In this document: positions 9,944 to 18,769 of the stretch, in pieces
Numbering within the stretch: position 1 is the first letter of the stretch
Layout of the letters: each line of letters opens with the position of its first letter
Assembly: GCA_045541995.1 (NCBI GenBank)
Contig: JAZQKE010000002.1
Location: 36,399 to 100,398 of the forward strand
Reading direction: 5' to 3'
Source of the DNA: Candidatus Nanosyncoccus sp.
GTDB lineage: Bacteria > Patescibacteriota > Saccharimonadia > Saccharimonadales > Saccharimonadaceae
DNA: 64,000 nucleotides
Program-made: the position numbers and the translations under genes
Notes under the pieces: generated by a model
What the model was told of the DNA's origin: nothing
The model's database searches: none
Seen by the model: only the letters and a program-made list of their open reading frames with translations

Positions 9944-11160
9944 TTATTTCATCCATCACCCAAAATCGCGCCAAATTATTACTTCCTCGCACTATGCAAT
10001 TTTTATCCATCCTTACAGTCGTCTTCACTCTCTTCACAAGTTCAACAACCTCAGCAATTTCTTCCGCTACTCTAGACTTTTATGATCAAAATGGCATCTA
10101 TTATTATAATCCAGATGGTTTTTCTGCTGGCTGTTACGCTGGATTGGGTAGCTACGATGGCGTCACTACTGCCGGCCTTACTGATCTTCAAGCTGCTTTT
10201 ATTGATACCTACCATGGAATAGCCGCAGAGTTAAGTGCCGAGTATGGTATTCCGTGGGAAACTGTAATAGCACAGGGAATCATCGAATCTGCTTCCGGTA
10301 CGTCAAATTTTGCTCGTGAACGCAATAACTTTTTTGGGATTGGAGCTTTTGACTCTAATCCCAATGCTGCCAAAAGTTATTCTTCTCCACAAGAAGGCTG
10401 GCAAGGATATTATGAGAATATTGCCGAAACTTCGACCTACAGCGAGCACGGTGCCTTTAATTATTCTAATGATCCATACGGCTATCTCGTTGCCATCAAG
10501 GAGGCCGGCTATGCGACAGATCCAGACTATGTCCAAAAGGTAGGAGAATATGTCAAAGCTATCGAGAATCGCGCTGAGGAAAAGGGCTGGCAACTTTCCT
10601 CTTCTCTCCCTGCTACCAACACTACCCCACTTACTCCTGTCTCTAGCTCCTATTCTAGCGCCTCCCACGGATGTAGCACATCCACTTATGGTAATGGCGA
10701 TATCAATAAAACAGCTCTGGATCTCTCTTGGCCTGATCGCACCCATGATCTCCACGATACAAAGCCAGCCTACACCGAGGCTCTGGCCCAGGTCGGTCTA
10801 GATAGCTATGGTGACGAATGGGTACGTATCGGTGCTAGCTGTGATGCCTTTGTCGCAACTGTTTTACGATTCTCTGGTGCAGATCCTGATGTGGTATGTT
10901 GTGGTGCCGCAAACATGTTAAATTACTTTGCCACACATCCTGATTTGTATGAAGAAGTTCCAAATCTTGATAATTCCAGCAATCTCCAGCCAGGAGATAT
11001 CCGTGCAAGACCTTCCCATGTAGAAATTTACGTCGTTGACGAATCTGGTACTGGTAGGATCGCCTCTGCATCCCATGGTGATCGTACCGCCGATCATGCT
11101 CGTGATTTCTATGCAAATTCAGAATATCGTGTGTTTAGGTTTAAAGGATTTAATAAATGA
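9940..11160 (+). CDS. Secreted peptidoglycan hydrolase: GH73 glucosaminidase + NlpC/P60-like peptidase
   Basis: Signal peptide; GH73 motifs AQGIIESASG, RNNFFGIGA, GYATDPDY; C-terminal SCDAFV...SHVEIY Cys/His dyad; ATGA overlap and GGAGG SD. Confidence 0.8.
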   Translation: MIISSITQNRAKLLLPRTMQFLSILTVVFTLFTSSTTSAISSATLDFYDQNGIYYYNPDGFSAGCYAGLGSYDGVTTAGLTDLQAAFIDTYHGIAAELSAEYGIPWETVIAQGIIESASGTSNFARERNNFFGIGAFDSNPNAAKSYSSPQEGWQGYYENIAETSTYSEHGAFNYSNDPYGYLVAIKEAGYATDPDYVQKVGEYVKAIENRAEEKGWQLSSSLPATNTTPLTPVSSSYSSASHGCSTSTYGNGDINKTALDLSWPDRTHDLHDTKPAYTEALAQVGLDSYGDEWVRIGASCDAFVATVLRFSGADPDVVCCGAANMLNYFATHPDLYEEVPNLDNSSNLQPGDIRARPSHVEIYVVDESGTGRIASASHGDRTADHARDFYANSEYRVFRFKGFNK

Positions 11161-11804
11161 GTAGACTTTCAAAAATAATTAAAAACTACCCCCTAGTCTT
11201 TGTTGTATTGGGCCTACTAATCTTTTTTACAATTATCTTAGTCATTTCCGCTTTTAATATGCACCCCACTGTCGAGGTTGAACTATTGGTCGCACCAACG
11301 TCTGCCACCACAACCATTGACGGTAAATCATACCAAAACGGCACTTTTAAAATTGCGCCAGGAGAACATCAGGTACACATAGAAAAAGAGGGATTCGTGT
11401 CTCAAGATTTTTCTTTCAACACTTTGTCTACTAATAAGGTTTATGCCTATCTTCGCCAAACTGACGGTTCTTTTAGCTGGTATAGATCCCATCCCGAAGA
11501 TAGTCAAGTCCTTACCAAAATTGGAGATTACTTAGCCGATCAAGAGGCCACTAATTATACTAGACAGAACCCTATCACCCAGGCCCTACCGATAATTTAT
11601 GCAAATTATGACGATCATTATAACTACACAGAGTATCGTATCGACGGCGGCAAATTTGATAGCTGTCAGACCGACTTCTGTATCAAGATTACTGATTCTA
11701 CTGGCGGAAATCTAGAATTGGCAAAACAAAAGATCCGCGATTCTGGCTTTAATCCAGACGACTACCAGATTATTTATGAATATAAACCCGTACAGGCACT
11801 ATAA
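11157..11804 (+). CDS. Membrane-anchored PEGA-like domain protein
   Basis: N-terminal TM, then VAPTSATTTIDGK...IAPGEHQVHIEKEGF, a PEGA-like beta-strand pattern; ATGA coupling to the upstream hydrolase. Confidence 0.6.
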   Translation: MSRLSKIIKNYPLVFVVLGLLIFFTIILVISAFNMHPTVEVELLVAPTSATTTIDGKSYQNGTFKIAPGEHQVHIEKEGFVSQDFSFNTLSTNKVYAYLRQTDGSFSWYRSHPEDSQVLTKIGDYLADQEATNYTRQNPITQALPIIYANYDDHYNYTEYRIDGGKFDSCQTDFCIKITDSTGGNLELAKQKIRDSGFNPDDYQIIYEYKPVQAL

Positions 11805-11885
11805 GCTCATATTCTCTATATAAGCAATAAGATGGCTACTTCTATCTTTTTAGTTTTAGCATGACCGTGATATAATATAGATAGT

Positions 11886-13865
11886 ATGGGTCAGGGAAAA
11901 ACACTAGTATTTCGTATTTTTACCTGCTTTTTTCTGTCCTTCTTAATCACCGCTTCTTCCATAGTAAACGTCTTTGCATTGACCGATCGCCAGCGCACCA
12001 TTTTTGGACAAAACAATCTCCTTTTCTATAATCCCGATGAGAATCTTACCGATTGTACCACTTCTGCCGCAGGGTTAGTCATGGGGGATGATAATCAAGC
12101 TAAGGTTTGGAATTATTTTGTAACTGCTAATATTCCTGGCGTATCCGATAACGCAGCTGTTATTGCCGGTATCATGGGTAACCTTCAACAAGAGTCCGGT
12201 TTTAACCCTTTTGATAAAACGGGTATATACTATGGTATTTATCAAACAGATAACCCAGAATTAATTAGCTCTATAGAATCAGCAGGATACTCTAGTTACT
12301 GGGGCTCATCCCTCGATAGTATCCCAACAGATGTAAACGATAATGCACTTAAAATAGAGTTGGATATTCTTATTTCTACGGATCGCTTCATGAAATTTAC
12401 CAACTATCTAGATTGGGTATCTCACACTTCTGGCCCCGAAGGTGCTAGATCATATGCTGAACTTTTCCTAGTTGAAATTGAACGCGCCGTTGGCGGCTCT
12501 AGTCCCCTCGAAGATTCACGTGTTCAATCATATGTAAATGAGATACTATATCCAGGCATGTCACAATACCAAAACAAGCCTTACCAGGAAACCAATAAGC
12601 GCCGCGACTATGCCGAACAGTTTTTCAACACCTACGCTAGCGCTTCCGGCACTGTAAGCACCACTACTGGCGCCCCTGCTGGGGGATCGTCTAGTTCTAG
12701 TAGTAATTCCTCTATTTCCTGGGATGATGCCGGATGGATTAGTGGCATGCCCGGTATTACCAAGGATGATGTCACCACAAGAACTGACCTTAATGAGACT
12801 ATTCTAGGCAAAACTTATGAAAATGGCAAACCTAACAAAATTTTACTCCATAGTACCGAAGGGACCTCTAATGGCTACGATGCTTATCCAGTTGGCAATA
12901 AATACCCGGCTCATTTCATAGTCGACCTCAAAAAGAAAGAAGGATACCAAAATATCCCAATTGGAATACCGTCTACCGCTACCAAGGGGGCCGATAAAAC
13001 TACAGTTCAAATAGAAATCGTTGGTTTCTCTGGTAATAGTAGTAGTGATTATGCTCTCCAAAGCTTCTCGGATGAAGATTGGGATTATCTCGCTGTTTTA
13101 CTTGGGGCCATCGCCGGTAATACCGGCATCCCATTAACTACATCCGTAGACTGGGATGATACCACACATGGAATCAGCCAGAGCGATTTTAACAGTTTGA
13201 CCGGTATCGTTGGACACCGCCATTCTCCAGGGGATGATCATGACGATCCTGGCAATATTTGGGCACAGGTAGAAGCCGCAATCAAACGAAACCCTGATGC
13301 TTCTCAGTTTGGCGCCGGCAATGATGTTTGTCGCAATAATGGTAGTGGGTTATCTTCTGGTGGTATGACAAAGGAAGAGGCAAACTCCTTTATGGAAATA
13401 TATCGTGCAATTTCTCCTCGTAATATCTCAGAAAATCCACAACTATCAGAGTGGGGCATCCCAGATACCACAAGTTGTACATCAGACCTAGAAAACTGTG
13501 TGGCCTTCTCGACATACTTCATCAATAGATATACTTCGATTTCCACAAATGCTCTCGGTAATGGTAGTGAGGTCGCCAATAATCTTTCCAAAAATTACGG
13601 TCTCCCTATCGGAAATAAACCCCAACCCTATGCAATATTTAGTGTAGCTAGTGGCGTCACACAGTGTGGCGCGGTCCTATGTGGACATACGGGCGTAGTA
13701 CTAGGTATTGATGAGGAAAATGATACTATCATTATTGGTGAAGCCGGTTGTAGCCAGCCTTTTGAATGGACTGGCGCTCACGAATACTCGCTCTCAAAAT
13801 ATAGCGATGGCAGCTACACTTATGCCTACACTGATAGCGTTATTAATTTACAAGGAGTCAAATAA
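11886..13865 (+). CDS. Secreted tri-domain peptidoglycan hydrolase: phage-tail-type lysozyme + Amidase_2 + CHAP
   Basis: AGIMGNLQQESGFNP..YGIYQ (phage tail lysozyme); KILLHSTEG, PAHFIVD, QIEIVG, VGHRHSPGDDHDDPG (zinc amidase); NCVAFSTYF, GHTGVV, IGEAG (CHAP Cys-His-Glu); own TGATATAAT promoter at 11868-11876. Confidence 0.8.
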   Translation: MGQGKTLVFRIFTCFFLSFLITASSIVNVFALTDRQRTIFGQNNLLFYNPDENLTDCTTSAAGLVMGDDNQAKVWNYFVTANIPGVSDNAAVIAGIMGNLQQESGFNPFDKTGIYYGIYQTDNPELISSIESAGYSSYWGSSLDSIPTDVNDNALKIELDILISTDRFMKFTNYLDWVSHTSGPEGARSYAELFLVEIERAVGGSSPLEDSRVQSYVNEILYPGMSQYQNKPYQETNKRRDYAEQFFNTYASASGTVSTTTGAPAGGSSSSSSNSSISWDDAGWISGMPGITKDDVTTRTDLNETILGKTYENGKPNKILLHSTEGTSNGYDAYPVGNKYPAHFIVDLKKKEGYQNIPIGIPSTATKGADKTTVQIEIVGFSGNSSSDYALQSFSDEDWDYLAVLLGAIAGNTGIPLTTSVDWDDTTHGISQSDFNSLTGIVGHRHSPGDDHDDPGNIWAQVEAAIKRNPDASQFGAGNDVCRNNGSGLSSGGMTKEEANSFMEIYRAISPRNISENPQLSEWGIPDTTSCTSDLENCVAFSTYFINRYTSISTNALGNGSEVANNLSKNYGLPIGNKPQPYAIFSVASGVTQCGAVLCGHTGVVLGIDEENDTIIIGEAGCSQPFEWTGAHEYSLSKYSDGSYTYAYTDSVINLQGVK

Positions 13866-14593
13866 TGGATCAGACAAACCCCATCGATAAAAAACGTAAA
13901 ATAATCATTATTGTTGGCCTAGTAATCTTTTTGGGATTTGTCGGACTTATTGTTTTTATTTCACTGCAAAATACTACCCCACGCCTCAAAATTGACAATA
14001 TAGACTATGTTCAGAATCTCTCTGATGATGTTAAAAACTCCTTAGAAATAGATCTATATCGTACTGTCGATGATAATACCGACGAAAAAGTCCCAACCTC
14101 CGGAGCTCTCATCCGTACTAATACGGCTACTTCTGATTATAACAGCACTACAAAGGTTTATTCTGGTAATTTTATTGTAGATATTGAATCTCTAAAACAA
14201 TCATATTTTATTCAGTTTTCTTGGTCTAAGGAGAAGAATAATCCTAATCTTTCCTCTACCTCCAACCTAGTCTCCTGCGTCCGTGATAAAAGTCTAATTA
14301 TTTATCCAGACTTTAAATGTAAAGACCAATTCTCATTCAGTAATGACACTGATGATGCCGACGTTTATTTAAATGGGTACCTTCCTCATATTGAAGCCTT
14401 AAGTACTGGTGAAAATTTTGTTCTACTAGATAATGGTATTAATAAATTAATGATTCAGTTAGATAATTGCCATAACAATACTTTGGTTTCTGAAGCTATT
14501 TCTAAAACTAATGAATGGTTAGATTCTATAGGTGTAGACCATAATAAAATCGATATTCAGCCTATGAAAGATTGCGGCTACTCACACCAGTAA
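13865..14593 (+). CDS. Membrane-anchored hypothetical protein
   Basis: KKRK followed by one TM, then a soluble domain with Cys pairs; start overlaps the hydrolase stop (TAATG). Confidence 0.7.
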   Translation: MDQTNPIDKKRKIIIIVGLVIFLGFVGLIVFISLQNTTPRLKIDNIDYVQNLSDDVKNSLEIDLYRTVDDNTDEKVPTSGALIRTNTATSDYNSTTKVYSGNFIVDIESLKQSYFIQFSWSKEKNNPNLSSTSNLVSCVRDKSLIIYPDFKCKDQFSFSNDTDDADVYLNGYLPHIEALSTGENFVLLDNGINKLMIQLDNCHNNTLVSEAISKTNEWLDSIGVDHNKIDIQPMKDCGYSHQ

Positions 14594-14594
14594 C

Positions 14595-15611
14595 CTATAT
14601 CTCCACACCCTCCACACTAGTCAGTATTACTTGGTGATTTTTAAAATTCTTCACTAGACTATTTTGTCTATCTTTATCCAATTCAGAAAAAACATCATCT
14701 AATAATACAAGCGGCTTTTTTTGCTGTGATTCTTGTATTAATTCCGCCTCAATAAATTTGAGTGCCAATATAATACTCCTCACCTCCCCACGTGAAGCGC
14801 TTCCATTAGCCTGCATACTATTAAATATAAAACTGTAATCATCTTTATGCACTCCAAAATTTGTATGTCCAGTTATTTTATCCCTATCAAAATCCATCGC
14901 GAGTAGTTTTAGATATCCACTCTCATCCACGTTGCTAGTATAACTATCAAAATTAATTTCTACAGTATCATTATTATTTGCTATAGATCTATATGTTTTT
15001 GTTAATGTTTTATTAATTTTATCTATAATATTTTTTCTTTTTTCTCTAATTTCTACTCCATATTTTGCTAATAAAACATTCCAAGAAAACAGCATCTCCT
15101 CGCTTATATATTCATTCTTTAGAGCTTCATTCCTCTGTTTTAGCGCTTTATTATAACGAAGTAGGGAATTATTATATTTATCATCTAGCTGACTAATTAG
15201 TCTATCAAAGTAATCCCTTTTCTTAGTTGGTGATGTTGCAATTAGATGTAAATCTTCCGGTAGAAAAAGAATTATCGGGTATTTTTGCGACTTAGGTAGT
15301 CTCGCTGATTTTTTCCCATGGATTAAGAAAGTTTTTTTAGAAGTATCATCACTATACGTCACTACTACCGACTCACCATTTTTGTAGTAAAGTTCCACCC
15401 TATAGAACTCTTTTTCTCGCTTTACAATCTCTCTATCTACCGCCCGAAAACTTTTCCCCTGCATCGCAATATAAATTGCCTCTAAAATTGATGTTTTACC
15501 ACAGCCATTTTCCCCCAATATAAGAGATGTTTTTTTATCACAAGTAAGTATTCGCTCCGTATGGCTACGAAAATTTATTAAGCTTACTTTCTCAATTACT
15601 ACATCTTTCAT
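14595..15611 (-). CDS. recF: DNA replication and repair protein RecF
   Basis: LINFRSH, Walker A GENGCGKTSILEAI, ASRGEVRS signature, LLDDVFSELD; downstream of dnaN. Confidence 0.92.
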   Translation of the reverse strand: MKDVVIEKVSLINFRSHTERILTCDKKTSLILGENGCGKTSILEAIYIAMQGKSFRAVDREIVKREKEFYRVELYYKNGESVVVTYSDDTSKKTFLIHGKKSARLPKSQKYPIILFLPEDLHLIATSPTKKRDYFDRLISQLDDKYNNSLLRYNKALKQRNEALKNEYISEEMLFSWNVLLAKYGVEIREKRKNIIDKINKTLTKTYRSIANNNDTVEINFDSYTSNVDESGYLKLLAMDFDRDKITGHTNFGVHKDDYSFIFNSMQANGSASRGEVRSIILALKFIEAELIQESQQKKPLVLLDDVFSELDKDRQNSLVKNFKNHQVILTSVEGVEI

Positions 15612-15616
15612 CTATA

Positions 15617-16723
15617 TTAAATATTTAGTGGCATAATAATATGTCTATATTTTTTGTCTTTTAAATTTGTTATTAACACTGGTGCTGAGCCCACCGCAAA
15701 CTCCATCTTTACATGATCCTCTTCTAGTACATTGAGTGCATCCATCAAGAAACGAGAATCTAACTTTACTTTACCACTTTTTTCTATTTTAGCTTCAATT
15801 TCTGATCTGTTTTCGCCTACTTCATTAGAGATAGATGAGACAGAAAATATCCCTTTCTTCGCGTCCGTCTCACATGTAATTGCTCTATTAGACTCTCTCG
15901 CAAAAAGTGCAGCTATTTTTACAAATCTACTTAATTCCTCTCTATCCAAATCAACTTTTATCTCATTATCTTTTGGAATCAACTGTCTATAGTCTGGAAA
16001 AGTACCGTCAATTAATTTTGATGTAATTTCCAATTCACCCACTCTGAATCTCACTTGGTTATCATCAAATAAAATTTCAATCTCATTCGCATCTTCTGGA
16101 ATAGACCTTAAAACTTCTTGTAAAGAAGCTGTTGGTACAATCGCAGCCACATCACTTTTAATCTTATCAATAAACTTCCTCTCGGCAAGCCTATATCCGT
16201 CCGTCGCCGCTACGTAAAGAGCTCCATCCGATGTATTAAAATATACACCGGTTAACGCTGGCCTAGTAGTATCTCCACTAGCTGCAATAATTACTTCAGA
16301 TAAACCTACCTTAAACTCGTCTACCCCCATTCTGTAAATTACGGCTTTGCTCTCATCAATCTCTGGTAGTTCTGGAAAATCATCTGCCGGCGTTCCATTA
16401 ATTACTGATGAGTATCTACCAGCTGAAATATTTACTCTATTTTTATCAACCTTAATTTTAACCTTTTCACCACGAGGTAAATTTTGAACAAACTCAGCAA
16501 TTAGTCGCGCAGGAACCGTAATAACCCCATCTGTAGCATTGATTACTGGTACGAAATCCACTACAGCCATATCTAAGTTTGTTGTGATTACAGATACTTT
16601 TTCTTTTTCTGCTTTAATTAAAACATTAGACAAAATTGGTAATGTAGATTTTGCACCCACAGCAACTCTACTAACTACACTTAGTGCCTTAGCAAGCTTT
16701 TCGCGTGAAACCTCAATCTCCAT
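15617..16723 (-). CDS. dnaN: DNA polymerase III beta sliding clamp
   Basis: LPILSNVLI, TNLDM, DDFPELP, ATDGYRLA, LIDGTFPDYRQLIP, IIMPL; SD AGGAGG. Confidence 0.97.
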   Translation of the reverse strand: MEIEVSREKLAKALSVVSRVAVGAKSTLPILSNVLIKAEKEKVSVITTNLDMAVVDFVPVINATDGVITVPARLIAEFVQNLPRGEKVKIKVDKNRVNISAGRYSSVINGTPADDFPELPEIDESKAVIYRMGVDEFKVGLSEVIIAASGDTTRPALTGVYFNTSDGALYVAATDGYRLAERKFIDKIKSDVAAIVPTASLQEVLRSIPEDANEIEILFDDNQVRFRVGELEITSKLIDGTFPDYRQLIPKDNEIKVDLDREELSRFVKIAALFARESNRAITCETDAKKGIFSVSSISNEVGENRSEIEAKIEKSGKVKLDSRFLMDALNVLEEDHVKMEFAVGSAPVLITNLKDKKYRHIIMPLNI

Positions 16724-16761
16724 TTTTCCTCCTAATTATAATTATTATTTCTTTATTAAAT

Positions 16762-16998
16762 TAATAGTAGTAATAGTAATAAGCTATGTGGAAATTGTGT
16801 AAAACCTCCCTACTAATAGATTATATTCGGTGCGGAAGTTTGTGTAAAACAAGTTGAAAAAACTGTGCAAATTTTTGTGGAAATTTAACCTTTTCCACCA
16901 AATATACATACTGCCAACAAATTTTTCAAACACAGTGGAAAGTTTTTCACCGCTTTCCCACATATTTTTTCGCAGATATTTTCGCATTTTTTTCCACA
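16762..16998. promoter_or_regulatory. Replication origin (oriC), dnaA-dnaN intergenic: DnaA-trios plus DnaA boxes
   Basis: Seven TA(A/G) trimers at 16762-16782, a GCTA spacer, then tandem boxes TGTGGAAAT (16787) and TGTGTAAAA (16796); further boxes at 16841, 16876 and 16990; AT-rich DUE on the left. Same layout as the Bacillus-type basal unwinding system. Confidence 0.85.
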
Positions 16999-17000
16999 AT

Positions 17001-18359
17001 CTACTCATAGATTTTCTCCCGTGTGACTGCTACCCTCTCTCGTAAAGCGAAGTCGGATTTAATATCCTCTCGAATTTTCTTAATGCCATGCATCACAGTG
17101 GTATGATCCTTAACACCTACTTCCAGAGCAATTTTAGTAGTACTCATCCCTAACTCCTCCGACAATAAATACATCGCTATTTGCCTTGCAGTTTTAATAT
17201 GGGACACCCTACTCTTTCCACACATCTCCTTGACACTTAATCCGGAAACATCAGCTACTGTATCGACAATCTTGGTAGGTGAGATGACACCATGCCTAGA
17301 TTCTATCTTTGTAGTTACGTAACCATCATTAATTACTGCCAGTGGGGAAATACCCTTAAACTCAGCGAAAGTTAGGATTTTCTTATATTCACGTTCTAGA
17401 TCACGGATGTTAGTTTTTACACTTTCAGCAATATATTCTATAGCCTCGTCTTCGATTTCCACATCATCAAACTCGGCCTTCATACGCAAAATTGCACACT
17501 TATCCTCAAATTTTGGTAATTGGATATCGTACGCCCCATCACAAGCTAAGCGGGAGGATAAACGCACATCTAGTGATTTTAATTGCTCTGGTAGGCGGTC
17601 TGAAGTAATAATAATTTGCTTACCGTGTTGATGAAGCTCATTAAATACATCAAAGAAGGCATTTTGGGTAGCTTCTTTATTAATAATCATTTGTATGTCA
17701 TCAATAATGAGAACATCAACCTTCTGGTATTTTTTAGTAAATTTATTACCTTGCTTTGAACCAAGAGCCTCAATAAACTCATTGTAGAAACTATTTGTAG
17801 GCATATATACTACTTTCAACTCAGGTCGAGTCTTCAATAATTCATTTCCAATAGCTTGAACCAGATGAGTTTTACCAAGACCAGGCCCACCATATAAATA
17901 GAATGGATTGTGTCTAGTACCAGGCTCCCTAATAATTGCCTGCGCAACTGAAGCAGCCAAATCATTATTTGACCCAACTACGAAATTATCCATAGTGTAA
18001 TTTGGATTCAAATTAGAGTTAATTTTTTTAGTAGAAGATATAGAAGCCGATTTTTTCTTTGATGCGGATCTTGTCAATTCACCAATAGAAATTTCTCTAG
18101 AGCGAGGTTTTACGCGTGTTTCCGAGGAAACAATATATTTTACATCAGTAAAATCTACCGAATTATGAGTAAGAGCATCACGAATTACACCATCATATTT
18201 TTTGCGTATTTGACCTTCCTTAAATACATTGGGGGTCTTAATAATAACAACATCACCATCGATAGAATCTAAAGAAACATCCTTAAACCAGGTGGTAAAA
18301 GCAGAGTGCGGAATAGCCTGCTCGACTTCGGCAAGAACATTTTTCCACACATCAAACAT
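17001..18359 (-). CDS. dnaA: Chromosomal replication initiator DnaA
   Basis: YTMDNFVVGSNNDLA, NPFYLYGGPGLGKTHL, LIIDDIQ, IITSDR, LSSRL, ARQIAMYL, KDHTTVMHG; SD AGGAGGT. Confidence 0.98.
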   Translation of the reverse strand: MFDVWKNVLAEVEQAIPHSAFTTWFKDVSLDSIDGDVVIIKTPNVFKEGQIRKKYDGVIRDALTHNSVDFTDVKYIVSSETRVKPRSREISIGELTRSASKKKSASISSTKKINSNLNPNYTMDNFVVGSNNDLAASVAQAIIREPGTRHNPFYLYGGPGLGKTHLVQAIGNELLKTRPELKVVYMPTNSFYNEFIEALGSKQGNKFTKKYQKVDVLIIDDIQMIINKEATQNAFFDVFNELHQHGKQIIITSDRLPEQLKSLDVRLSSRLACDGAYDIQLPKFEDKCAILRMKAEFDDVEIEDEAIEYIAESVKTNIRDLEREYKKILTFAEFKGISPLAVINDGYVTTKIESRHGVISPTKIVDTVADVSGLSVKEMCGKSRVSHIKTARQIAMYLLSEELGMSTTKIALEVGVKDHTTVMHGIKKIREDIKSDFALRERVAVTREKIYE

Positions 18360-18427
18360 ATCCGATTACCTCCTGACCCACCTTGATGAATTAAACTCTA
18401 AGAATATTATACACCATCCACCCGTAC

Positions 18428-18557
18428 TTTTCCACAACAAGACCAAAAATAGTTTTCATTTTATAATAAAAATTTCAAATAACAGGGGTAGACTTTTCCA
18501 CAATAATACCGCCAAATCTGTATAAAATGTGGAAAACCCCTTGGTTTTTGTGTAAAA
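18428..18557. promoter_or_regulatory. DnaA-box cluster in the dnaA-rpmH divergent promoter region
   Basis: TTTTCCACA at 18428 and 18494, TGTGGAAAA at 18528, TGTGTAAAA at 18549; TGCTATACT -10 at 18561 for rpmH. Confidence 0.7.
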
Positions 18558-18610
18558 AAGTGCTATACTATAACAAAGATTTCAATAATTAAAACTAATA
18601 GGGAATTATT

Positions 18611-18748
18611 ATGCCAAAACGAACATATCAGCCACACAAGCGCCACCGCAAGGCGGAGCATGGTTTTATGAAGAGAAACAACACCAAAACGGGCCGCAAA
18701 GTTTTAAAACGTCGCCGTATTAAAGGCCGCGCTCGCTTATCTGCCTAG
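18611..18748 (+). CDS. rpmH: 50S ribosomal protein L34 (not in ORF track)
   Basis: Hand translation gives [45 protein letters not shown]; divergent from dnaA. Confidence 0.97.
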   Translation: MPKRTYQPHKRHRKAEHGFMKRNNTKTGRKVLKRRRIKGRARLSA

Positions 18749-18769
18749 CTTTATGTTATAATAAAGCTA

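Noticed and set aside
11886-13865. Prophage, suggested by the phage-tail lysozyme, amidase and CHAP domains
   Set aside because: The protein has a signal peptide and sits in the T4SS locus; no capsid, terminase, holin or integrase genes are nearby
3-14593. Integrative conjugative element
   Set aside because: No relaxase, coupling protein, integrase or att repeat at the right boundary; codon style matches native genes; the left boundary is not visible
16784-17045. ORFs 16784-17008(-) and 16854-17045(+)
   Set aside because: They overlie the oriC DnaA-box cluster; F/K/L-rich translations reflect the AT-rich boxes
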